Origin: Octopus sinensis
Lineage: Eukaryota
Reading direction: 5' to 3'
NCBI RefSeq assembly: GCF_006345805.1
Contig: NW_021831714.1
Span: forward strand, 1 to 35,863
DNA length: 35,863 bases
Shown: piece by piece, positions 23,790 to 34,371 of the stretch
Layout: each line of letters opens with the position of its first letter
Numbering within the stretch: the stretch's first letter is position 1
Notes under the pieces: model-generated
What the model saw: the letters and a program-made list of their open reading frames with translations, nothing else
Told to the model about the DNA's origin: nothing
Database searches by the model: none
Translations under genes and position numbers: made by a program

Positions 23790-24221
23790 CAGGGCAAAAA
23801 CGCTACGAATTTATGAGATACTCGAGACTGCTCATGGGTTAACTTGTATGAACCGAGCATCTGTTTATTTTATGGTCACAAAAGTCCAGGTAAAGGAAGC
23901 TCATTGATAACCTAATGAGTATTCTGTTTTTCGACGGCAAGGGCGTCCTCTACGTCCACCGGATTCCTTCTGGCCAGACGGTCAACAGAGGAATTTGCGG
24001 AGCTTTTGAGAGAGTTCGGGAAGAGGTTTCGTTGCAAAAGACCAGAAAAACCTTCATCAGGGCAATTCACTCGTCCATACTCTCATCCTGGTAACCAACT
24101 ACGTGATAGACATGAGCATCAAAACCGTCCCTCACCTATCCGGTAGTTCAAACCTTGTCACATTCAGTTGTTCCTGAAGCAGTCGAAGGAATGACGAAAG
24201 AAGGTGTAACAAGTGTCCTGG
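23790..24221 (+). pseudogene. Internally deleted, heavily decayed mariner transposase
   Basis: GKNAT..YEILETAHGLTCMNRASVY (HTH start) is joined to FFDGKGVLYVHRIPSGQTVN and a PH..GSSNL (PYSPDL-like) remnant. Confidence 0.65.
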
Positions 24222-24355
24222 ACATTATTTACATTATTTACATTTGACGGATATTTGTCCTCATCTTGTTTGTTGTCAACACAACGTTTCGGCTGATACA
24301 CCCTAAAACCTTCTTACTAGCAATAATAATAATAATAATAATAATAATAACGATA

Positions 24356-24408
<53 letters not shown>

Positions 24409-24440
24409 AATAATAATAATGATAATATTAATAATAATAA

Positions 24441-24475
<35 letters not shown>

Positions 24476-24489
24476 TGATGATAATATTC

Positions 24490-24520
<31 letters not shown>

Positions 24521-24540
24521 TGATGATGATGATGATGATG

Positions 24541-24595
<55 letters not shown>

Positions 24596-24783
24596 CAACA
24601 ACGTCGAAGAATACTTTAGGAATGAGAACCCAGGTTCGAAATTTCCCCAAGACACCTGAAGAAGGCCAGAGGGTATATCAACCGAAACGTTGTGTTAAGA
24701 ACAAACAAGATAAGGACAAATATCTGTCGAATGTAAATAATGTAAATAACGTACATAATTCCTCATCTCTTAAATATAGAACT
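24222..24783. mobile_element. Penelope-like fragment P4: about 94-bp inverted repeat around an (AAT/GAT)n tract
   Basis: Arms at 24222-24315 (minus) and 24659-24752 (plus). Trinucleotide tract at 24322-24600. Confidence 0.7.
24651..24696 (+). ncRNA. Minimal hammerhead motif HH-e (stem II decayed)
   Basis: GACAC-CTGAAGA-A-GG..CC-GAAAC-GT-T-GTGTT. The inverted partner keeps GGTT/AGCC stem II but has lost CTGA. Confidence 0.55.
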
Positions 24784-25005
24784 GAAGAGTCCTGGACGTT
24801 TTCCCTTTGAAGGACCTGCATGGGGCCTTCACAAACTGACGGGGCTGCTACAAAGTGTGTATTGTATAGAAGAGTTAGTACTTTCGAGGAGATTAGGGTT
24901 TTTGTACTTCTCTGAAATTAATAAATGTCTCTCCTGAAAAGTTTGAAAGTTACTGGAATGCACAATCTACACAAACACCTGCCACCCCTTAAACACACAT
25001 AAATA

Positions 25006-25059
<54 letters not shown>

Positions 25060-25083
25060 CAATATATATATATATATATATAC

Positions 25084-25580
25084 TCAAAGTAAGCGACAAG
25101 AATGACTCTGGTAATTTGGTACGATCGTTTCGTACTACATCATTTTATTACATGTTGTAAGTATTACAACAGTTTTAAAATACTGAGTACTAATGAGCCA
25201 ATTATAGAGGTTTTCCATTAATATACCCCTTTACCCCATTTCTATAATTACAAAAATCTTTATTGCCTCCTCTCACTTGTTCTTCCTTCTCAGAACCTTA
25301 AAGTAGTTTGGAACAACTGAATCTTAGTCAGTCAGTTGATGAGCTCTACTACCTCAAATGTTCTTAAAATTTAAATCCACATCTTTGTCTATGTATCAAC
25401 CTTCTCTATAATATTGCCACTTGATATGAACATTTTTTTATTAATGGAAAACTTCTATAATTGGCTGATGATTACTCAGCATTTTAAAACTGTTGAAACA
25501 TACTTACAACATTTAATGAAATGTTGTAGTACGAAACGATCGTACCAAATTACCAGAGTCATTCTTGTTGCTTATTTTGA
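25084..25580. mobile_element. Penelope-like fragment P5: about 140-bp inverted repeat
   Basis: Arms at 25084-25222 and 25440-25580 are reverse complements with scattered mismatches. Spacer is 217 bp. Confidence 0.75.
25461..25548 (+). ncRNA. Type I hammerhead motif HH-f (10.1-11.1 mismatch)
   Basis: TTGG-CTGATGA-TTACT..AGTAC-GAAAC-GATC-GTA-CCAA. The partner at 25116-25201 (minus) has GTACT but a CTCATTA core. Confidence 0.65.
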
Positions 25581-25767
25581 TTATAATCACCCCACGGATT
25601 TTTATGGATAACAACATACAGAATTCTGGTGCATCTAAATTAAGTACCATATTCATTTGAATCTAAATTTTTGCTGAACTTATATATATATATATATACA
25701 CACATTTAAATATGCATGTGTGGCTGTGCGTAGAAACTGGAATAAATTGTTGAATTATATTTACTCC

Positions 25768-26165
25768 TATTTCGTCTGTCTTTACGTTCTGGGTTCAAAT
25801 TCCGCCGACTTGTGGGTAAAAAAGAAATATGTATTTCGTCTGTCTTTATGTTCTGAGTTCAGATTCCGCCGAGGTTGACTTCGCCTTTCATCCTTTTGGG
25901 GTCGATAAATTAAGTACCAGTTGCATACTGGGGTCGATCTAATCGAATAGTCCTCTCCCCCAAAATTTCGAGCCTTGTGCCGAGAGTAGAAAAGGATATT
26001 TCGTCTGTCTTTACGTTCTGAGTTCAAATTCCGCCGAGGTCGACTTTGCTTTTTATCCTTTCGGGGTCGATCAATTAAGCAACAGTTGCATACTGCGGTC
26101 TAACTAATTAACTGGCCCCCCTCCCTCAAAATTCCAGGCCTTGTACCTAGAGTAGAAAGGATTAT
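25768..26165 (+). mobile_element. Head-to-tail trimer of 5'-truncated SINE family C units
   Basis: Units start TATTTCGTCTGTCTTTA at 25768, 25832 and 25997 (64, 165 and 164 bp). Confidence 0.85.
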
Positions 26166-26674
26166 ATTAATGAACGCATTAATTAACTCAGCTTCATTAC
26201 AAGATAATGATGATATACAGTTTACAAAAATTAAAGATTTAAAATCTGTTTGCTTATTGGCTGTTTAATTATAATATTTATTCAAGTAAAATGATCATTC
26301 ATTAAGTTTAGTGATAAATTTAATGTGTATTTAAGTTAAAGGTGATATCCAGAAGATTAATCATGGCAAGATTAATATCAATGTCTTACATGTTTGATTA
26401 AAAGACTAATACGCTACTTATTGCGCAATCGTGATTCACAGAATTTTATGAATCTTCTCTATATTTATTGAATGGCGCTTACATACGTATATAGCGATTC
26501 TTCCGTCTTCACTGGTGATTAACGTTTTCTTCTGTTACTTCGTTGTCAATTGTATTTCTGAATTTCCGTCCAGGAAACTCTCTGATGACTATTCAGTTCC
26601 GTCTGCTTTGTAATTTAGCAATTGTGAAACCATGTGGCTTAGTGGTTAGGGGATGTGATTCGCGATCGTAAGAT

Positions 26675-27799
26675 CGTGAGGGCGGAATCCAGCGGTGGCC
26701 GCTGTGTCGGAATCGCGGTGCGTGAGTTCGGAACCCAGCGGTGCGCTGTGTCGGAACCGCGGTGCGTGAGTTCGGAACCCAGTGGTGAGCTGTGTCGGAA
26801 CCGCGGTGCGTCAGTTCGGAACCCAGCGGTGCGCTGTGTCGGAACCGCGGTGCGTGAGTTCGGAACCCAGCGGTGTGTTGTGTCGGAACCGCGGCGCGTG
26901 AGTTCGGAACCCAGCGGTGCGCTGTGTCGGAACCGCGGTGCGTGAGTTCGGAACCCAGCGGTGCGCTGTGTCGGAACCGCGGTGCGTGAGTTCGGAACCC
27001 AGTGGTGAGCTGTGTCGGAACCGCGGTGCGTCAGTTCGGAACCCAGCGGTGCGCTGTGTCGGAACCGCGGTGCGTGAGTTCGGAACCCAGCGGTGTGTTG
27101 TGTCGGAACCGCGGCGCGTGAGTTCGGAACCCAGCGGTGCGCTGTGTCGGAACCGCGGTGCGTGAGTTCGGAACCCAGTGGTGCGCTGTCTCGGAACCGC
27201 GGTGCGTGAGTTCGGATCCCAGCGGTGCGCTGTGTCGGAATCGCGGTGCGTGAGTTCGGAACCCAGCGGTGCGCTGTGTCGGAACCGCGGTGCGTGAGTT
27301 CGGAACCCAGCGGTGCGCTGTGTCGGAACCGCGGTGCGTGAGTTCGGAACCCAGCGGTGCGCTGTGTCGGAACCGCGGTGCGTGAGTTCGGAACCCAGCG
27401 GTGCGTTGTGTCGGAACCGCGGCGCGTGAGTTCGGAACCCAGCGGTGCGCTGTGTCGGAACCGCGGTGCGTGAGTTCGGAACCCAGCGGTGCGCTGTGTC
27501 GGAACCGCGGTGCGTGAGTTCGGAACCCAGTGGTGAGCTGTGTCGGAACCGCGGTGCGTGAGTTCGGAACCCAGCGGTGCGCTGTGTCGGAACCGCGGTG
27601 CGTGAGTTCGGAACCCAGCGGTGCGCTGTGTCGGAACCGCGGTGCGTGAGTTCGGAACCCAGCGGTGCGCTGTGTCGGAACCGCGGTGCGTGAGTTCGGA
27701 ACCCAGCGGTGCGCTGTGTCGGAACCGCGGTGCGTGAGTTCGGAACCTAGCGGTGCGCTGTGTCGGAACCGCGGTGCGTGAGTTCGGAACTCAGCGGTG
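26675..27799. repeat. GC/CpG-rich 44-bp minisatellite, about 25.5 units
   Basis: Unit GCGGTGCGTGAGTTCGGAACCCAGCGGTGCGCTGTGTCGGAACC. The register is exact from 26715 to 27771 (24 x 44). Confidence 0.97.
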
Positions 27800-27949
27800 A
27801 GTAAGACACTATTTCACATCGCTCCATTTCACTCAGCTGGCAAAAAATAATTAGCACCTGTATTTCAATGGGCCACTCTTGTTTAATCCTATGTCACGCT
27901 GATGTCTCCGAGATCTACGTTATGGATACGCGGTGTCTGTGGAGTACTC

Positions 27950-28218
27950 TATTTGTTTTCAACATTCATTATAGTTAGTCTTATAATTTTCATTCCATAT
28001 CCTTGAGAGAGGAAACGCTACTGAAGCTCTTTACAGATATTTCAGATATGGTAGGCGCGAAGAGAAGAAACACAGTCACGTTTAGTTCGAGGACATTCTC
28101 GTGAATTCTCGTGAATAAAACAATGAATCATGGAACGTTACTGTTGGATGGCATCTTTTGAATGTTTTTCTCCCATTGATTTGTCCTTTGGGCCAACTGT
28201 TATGTGGTCAATTTGTTT
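27950..28218 (-). mobile_element. Unclassified dispersed repeat E (copy 1) inserted in SINE D
   Basis: Reverse-complement match to 32040-32312. Confidence 0.7.
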
Positions 28219-28542
28219 GCCACATTCACATTAATTTCTCGAGCAGGCTGTTCGGTTGATCCAATCAACGGGAACGCTCATCGTCTTGACCGACGGAGTA
28301 CCATTTTTAACTCAGCACTTCCAAATGATTAGGTCTGCACACCTCACCACTCATCCATCGCCATACGACTTTCAGGGGATGAAATGGTGGCAAAGGTCAT
28401 CATAAAGAAACAACTGTATGTCATTGGATTATAATAATAAACCCTTGTACAACACGAATATCTCTCCATGTCTTCCTGATTAGTAATACCTGGAGTTTCT
28501 CGTGTAATACCTGGAGTTTCTGGTAATACCAGGGGTTTCTCG

Positions 28543-29066
28543 TGGTCTGCATTTGGTGTTGTCCATTGCAACTTTCTAGAAGCCAATCAGAGCATTACAG
28601 CAGAGGTTTAGTGCAATCAACTCACTGAAATGCATGCTCACTTGCAAAAAATGAGACCTGCATTGGTGAATCGGTGTGGCCCAATTCTGCTCCACGATAT
28701 TGCAAAGCCACATGTTACAAGAATGACGCTGCAGAAACTCACAGACCTGGGTTACGAGACTTTACTATATCCTCCATATTCTCCTGATCTTTCACCTACT
28801 GACTACCATTTCTTAAAGCATTTGAACACATTTTTAAGTGATACAACTTTCAGGTCCAAACCTGAAGTGGAATCAGCTTTTAAAGATCTCTTATCATCAA
28901 AGCCAATAGATTTTCATCAACGAGGCATAAATAATATCGTTGATCGATGGCAGATATGCATAGGTGTTCACGGCTCATACTTTGACTAATCAAAACATTT
29001 CTGTTTTTAATTTTTCAGAATAAAATTATGTTTCTGAAATCGGCCATTATTTTCGGAACAACCTAA
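28543..29066 (+). mobile_element. mariner (DD34D) 3' half with right TIR
   Basis: WSAFGVVH..LLHDIAKPHV..PPYSPDLSPTDYHFLKHL..GSYFD* (ORF 28630-28989). TIR ends ..GGAACAACCTAA at 29066, followed by TA. Confidence 0.92.
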
Positions 29067-29077
29067 TATATGTTTAA

Positions 29078-29282
29078 GTGTCTGTGTGTCCCCACTAGCA
29101 CCAACCATCGCTTGACAACCGATACTGGTGTGTTTACTTCACCGTTACACAGCGGTTCGGCAATATAGGACCGATAGAATAAGTACTATGCTTACAAAGA
29201 ATACGTCCTGGGGTGGATTTGCTCGACTAAAGACAGAGCTCCAGCATGGCCACAATCAAATGACTGAAAGAAATAAAAGACT
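29078..29282 (+). mobile_element. SINE family A 3' half
   Basis: CATCGCTTGACAACCGAT..GATAGAATAAGTACT..CCAGCATGGCC match. Confidence 0.85.
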
Positions 29283-29587
29283 ACAACTGGAATAGAATTC
29301 TGTCTATGCTTTTGTAATATTCACGATTCTCTTTATTTAACACGACTCAGTGCTTTACCATTGAAGTACCTGATTCACTTAAATCCTGATCTCTTATCGT
29401 ATGCGTGTGTATTGTCTGTGTGTGTGTGGTGTGTGTGTGTATCAGGTGGTAGTTTGCATCTGGCTCTTAGCATGCGTGTAAATCTATATAAATATGTGGT
29501 TTGGTATACATGTACATCTACATAGTCGTCTGTCTGACAATCTGTCCATCCATACATCTATCCATCAATCAATCAATCTCTCTCTCT

Positions 29588-29589
<2 letters not shown>

Positions 29590-29619
<30 letters not shown>

Positions 29620-29808
29620 GTTTGTATGTATGTATTTATGTATGTATGTATGTATCTATCTATTTATCTATATCCACCCATCCATCTATGTATGTATGTA
29701 TGTATGTATGTATGTATGTATGTATGTATGTATGTATGTATGTATGTATGTATGCATGTATGTATCTATCTATCCATCCATCCATCCATCCATCAATCTA
29801 TCTATCTC

Positions 29809-29868
<60 letters not shown>

Positions 29869-30100
29869 GCTAGCTATCTATCGATCCGTCTGTCTGTCTA
29901 TTTATCTATCTGCCTACCACGCGAGTGTATATCTCTAAATAGAAAATTCACCCCTCATGTAATATAAAAAAATGGAGAGAGCTATAAGATCAAACCGTCG
30001 GTCAGTGCATTTGCCCGGCAGCCCGTCTGGTTGTCAATCAGTCCGTCCGTCCGTCCGTCCGCCCGTCTGTCAATCTCTCCGTCCGGCCGTTCGTCCGTCC
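29590..30100. repeat. (TATG)n/(TCTA)n/(TCCA)n, then degenerate (CCGT)n microsatellites
   Basis: Direct reading. Confidence 0.9.
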
Positions 30101-30383
30101 TTTACCAAAATTTCGCACGTGAACCAAAGAGGCTTTTGCAATTATCACCTCTTATTGCAGCATATTAGACGCTTATCGATTCGATAAAGCTATTAAGTAG
30201 GATTTCAGCTAATTTTCCACACTTTTCGAAGATTAATGCATTTGGTCGAGGGAAAGAGGTTCCATTAGCTGTATGTACTGCCTTAATAGTTAACCATAGA
30301 TATGCTCATACACACACACACAAACACACCCACACACACTTATATATAATATATATATATAGATTATATACATATGTGTATAT

Positions 30384-30415
<32 letters not shown>

Positions 30416-30433
30416 ATATATATATATAATATA

Positions 30434-31075
30434 TACCCAAGCACACACAAACACACACATATAAATATATATAATATATATATGTATATATAATATGCAT
30501 GTGTGATACACTTTCATCATATATATGTGTTCAGAAATAAATGGTTTGAAAGGGAGGCTCTGAAGAGTGAGCCTCGAAGTGGGGTGGTACTTTTGAGTGA
30601 AGCCACTAACTCTATAAGTAGGCATGTAGTGGTTTTCATTTTGTATGTGTTTCGTTGTGTGTGACTGTAAATGTGGATGAATGTCTATCGTTATACTATG
30701 TATATCTATCGATCTGTCATTTTCTCTCTTCCTATCCCCCATCTTTGTATATATGTATGTATGTATTAAGTCAGTGTGTATGCTTGGTATGTCCACATGT
30801 ATCCACGCATGTATGAATGTATGTACGTATGCTTGCATACGTGTTTGTATGTACGTGTGTCCGAATGTAAGCTTGCATGTATGAATGTATGAATGTATGC
30901 ACGTCTTTCTGACATAGGGGGTCGACTTCTAGCATAATGGATGTCTACTCAGTGCTCATCCCTCTTATATATATGTAATAAAATTTTTCTGAATCATCAG
31001 ATATTTCTATATGCTAGACCACTGGTTTTAAATTGATATTTATCAAATTAACATTCAATTTTTCACCTGTATTAC

Positions 31076-31122
<47 letters not shown>

Positions 31123-31790
31123 ATATATATATAATATATATATACCCAAGCACACACAAACACACACATTAATATATATATATATATATATTATGTATAT
31201 ATAATATATGCATGTGTGATACACTTTCATCATATATATGTGTTCAAAATAAATGGTTTGAAAGGGAGGCTCTGAAGAGTGAGCCTCGAAGTGGGGTGGT
31301 ACTTTTGAGTGAAGCCACTAACTCTATAAGTAGGCATGTAGTGGTTTTCATGTTTGTATGTGTTCGTTTGTGTGACTGTAAATGTGGATGAATGTCTATC
31401 GTTATACATATGTATATCTATCGATCTGTCATTTTATCTCTCTATCCCCCATCTTTGTATATATGTATGTATGTATTAAGTCAGTGTGTATGCTTGGTAT
31501 GTCCACATGTATCCACGCATGTATGAATGTATGTACGTGCTTGCATACGTGTTTGTATATGTACGTGTGTCCGAATGTAGCTTGCATGTATGAATGTATG
31601 AATGTATGCCACGTCTTTCTGTACATAGGGGGTCGACTTCTAGCATAATGGTGTCTACTCAGTGCTCATCCCTCTTATATATATGTAATAAAATTTTTCT
31701 GAATCATCAGATATTTCTATATGCTAGACCACTGGTTTTAAATTGATTATTATCAAATTAACATTCAATTTTTCACCTGTATTACTTTAA
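30434..31790. repeat. Tandem duplication with a period of about 710 bp
   Basis: 30434-31080 is nearly identical to 31143-31790. (TA)n lies at all junctions. Confidence 0.93.
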
Positions 31791-31810
31791 TATATATATA
31801 TATAATATAT

Positions 31811-31842
<32 letters not shown>

Positions 31843-31896
31843 ATATGTTTATTATTAAATATTTATCTCTCACCAGATGGAGTACTCTTCTGTCGA

Positions 31897-31947
<51 letters not shown>

Positions 31948-32312
31948 AGATCGACAGAAAAGGACTCCATCTGGTCAACAAAGCAGAAAATGCTCTGAGT
32001 CGAATGAAATCGAAGGCCTACTTAAAAACAAAAAAATACAAACTAATTGACCAAATAACAGTTGGCCCAAAAGACAAATCCAACAGAGAAAAAGATGCAA
32101 AAGACATCAAAGAAAAGTAACGTCCCACGATTTATTATTTTATTCACGAGAATTCACGAGAATGCCCACGAACTAAGCGTGACTGCGTTTAATCTCTTCG
32201 CGCCTACCATATCTGAAATATCTGTAAAGAACTTCAGTAGCGTTTCCTCACTCAAGGATGGAACAAAAAATATAAGACCAACAACGTTATAATTGAATGA
32301 TGAAAACAAATA
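31948..32312 (+). mobile_element. Unclassified dispersed repeat E (copy 2, longer)
   Basis: Matches 27950-28218. The peptide LVNKAENALSRMKSKAY weakly recalls PLE N-terminal RMRWKA motifs. Confidence 0.6.
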
Positions 32313-32730
32313 GAATAATTATCCAGTTAATCAATTAATCAGTTAATTAACAGTGAATATTAAAGGTGGTTAATGTGAAAACTAAAAGCGGTTCGTGTAT
32401 ACCAATATAACGGTGTTAAAATGAATGACTTTGTGAGTTTTTATATATCATTTCGGTTAGTAAGGGTCATAATTATTCATTATACGTACAGGAGTATCAC
32501 TAATAAAGACCATTTCTCTGCGATCAATCGTCTTTATCATTAGTATAATTATTAAGGCGGCGAATCGATAGAACAATTAGAACGCCAGACAAAACAGTTG
32601 GTGAGATTTTGTTTGTTCTAAGTTCCTCTTCATTTCTACTAAAGGCACAAAGCCTGAAAATTGGTGGGAGGCAACTTGTCGATTAATATGAATGAACTCC
32701 AGCCAACGTCAAGGGTAGCAAGATTACACT

Positions 32731-33308
32731 TATCTAGATAGGAAGGTTGAAGAGGCAGAAGAGTGCGTGGAGTTAACTTGAGTAGATATAGACTCCTATG
32801 TAGGTAATAGGGAAAAAAGTTTATTAAGAGCTGCTAGAGTCACAGCAAGACAGGGAAACAAAAGAAAAAACGAAGTTAAAAACTAGAAAAAAGAACAGAA
32901 GGTATCTGACTGGCAGGGGATGTCTTTGGGTTGTAGGTTTCCAAAGACAGTTTCAGCAAATACTAGAAGTGAGACATGGTTATGGTTGCAGAAAGGAAGG
33001 CTGAAAAGGGAGACAGAAAGTCTGTTAGTAGCTGCGTAATATCAAGCATTAAGGACTAATTGGATAAAAGCCAAGATAAACAAAAACTTGTAGTTGAAAT
33101 GAAAAGTGCGGGTAAAATGTATCCCAGTAGTTATAGGTTCATTGGGGATTATCTCTAAAGATTTGATCAAATGGATAAAAGAAATAGGCGAAAAAAAAAC
33201 CCCAGTTTAGTACAGCTCAAGAAAACAGTATTATTAGGGAGAGCTAGGATACCTAGGAAGGTTACTTATTGTAGACTGATGTTAGGAATTTTCCGTCAGT
33301 CTAATCTG

Positions 33309-33309
<1 letters not shown>
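32731..33309 (+). mobile_element. HERO-like RLE non-LTR retrotransposon fragment with internal deletion
   Basis: EECVEL..KSLLRAAR..TWLWLQKGRLKRETESLLVAA*YQALRTNWIKAKI-[deletion]-CIPVVIGSLG..LKKTVLLGRARIPRKV, followed by (AAT)n at 33310-33373. Confidence 0.85.
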
Positions 33310-33373
<64 letters not shown>

Positions 33374-33375
<2 letters not shown>

Positions 33376-33466
33376 GGCACTGCATACATCCTACATAAAA
33401 CACTTTAAATGCTGTGAAAATAAGAGCACCCTTACAAACCACAGCACATACCCAAGGTACACAGAG
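33374..33466 (+). mobile_element. Short 3' fragment of the 8111-8412 LINE family
   Basis: TAGGCACTGCA.ACATCCTAC..CACAGCACATACC.AAGG.ACACAGAG matches 8272-8363. Confidence 0.75.
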
Positions 33467-33980
33467 ATACAAACACGCACACATACACATACGTACACAC
33501 AAACTCAGACACACAAACACACATACAGACACATGCGCCCGCGCTCATGCATATACAAGCCCAAAATTTTTGAGGAGGTTTTCTCCATCATTTTGTTGTA
33601 CATTAATAACCTAATCTTACATTGTTACTTCACTGAGTATGAGTTTAGGCACTTTTAAAGTATATCCCTATAGTTTTACTATATAATTTAGAGCCAGTAT
33701 TAATAGTTGTGACGTTTCTTATATGAATACGCTAATGTATACAATGCAACGACAACAGAAAAATAGTTAATAAGTGTATGTACATATTGTCGGGGTTATT
33801 GCTTCCTCTTCAGCACCACACCCAACCCTTCAACCATCCACAAACCCATTTCTTAAATAACCACCAAATGTACCAGTGTAACATAAGTAAATAATCCATT
33901 TTTATATAATAAACACATTCCTGGTAACTGGCACGTAGAAATTAATTGCTGGTAGGGATAATGAATTTCGTTTTGCAACC

Positions 33981-34371
33981 TTTTCTTTCTTTAGCACTTC
34001 GTCGGTTGCGACGATGAGGGTCCCAGGTGATACGATCAACGGAACAGCTTGCTCGTGATATTAACGTGCAAGTGGCTGAGCACTCCACAGACACGTGTAC
34101 CCTTAACGTAGTTCTCGAGGAGATTCAGCGTGACACAGAGTGTGAGAAGGCTGGCCCTTTGAAATACAGGTACAAGAGAAACAGGAAGAAAGAGCGAGAG
34201 AAAGTTGTGGTGAAAGAGTACAGCAGGGTTCACCACTACCCCTGCCGGAGCCTCGTGGAGCTTTTGGTGTTTTCGCTCAATAAACACTCACAATGCCCGG
34301 TCTGGGAATCGAAACCGCGATCCTCCGACTGCGAGTCCGCTGCCCTAACCACTGGGCCATTGCACCTCCAC
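33981..34371 (-). mobile_element. Chimeric SINE (family B head plus family D tail) with a 12-bp TSD
   Basis: CGTTTTGCAACC at 33969-33980 and 34372-34383. Head/tail junction at about 34174. Confidence 0.88.

Larger units (their letters stand above)
26625..28303 (+). mobile_element. tRNA-derived SINE family D, expanded by a minisatellite and interrupted by element E
   Basis: A-box TGGCTTAGTGG at 26635-26645. The body resumes at about 27800 (GAGTAAGACAC..CACCTGTATTTCAA). Tail 28219-28303 is homologous to 33981-34100 (minus). Confidence 0.8.

Noticed and set aside
24010-24065. Minus-strand CTGATGA..GAAAC
   Set aside because: No stem III or NUH, and it lies in mariner coding sequence.
26655-27799. 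CRISPR array or repeat-protein ORFs in the GC-rich tandem block
   Set aside because: There are no unique spacers: it is a pure 44-bp tandem repeat inside a SINE, in eukaryotic DNA.
30554-30578. GAGGCTC-TGAAGAGT-GAGCCTC hairpin containing CTGAAGA
   Set aside because: It is a simple 7-bp hairpin with no GAAAC or stem III. Its second occurrence is due to the tandem duplication.
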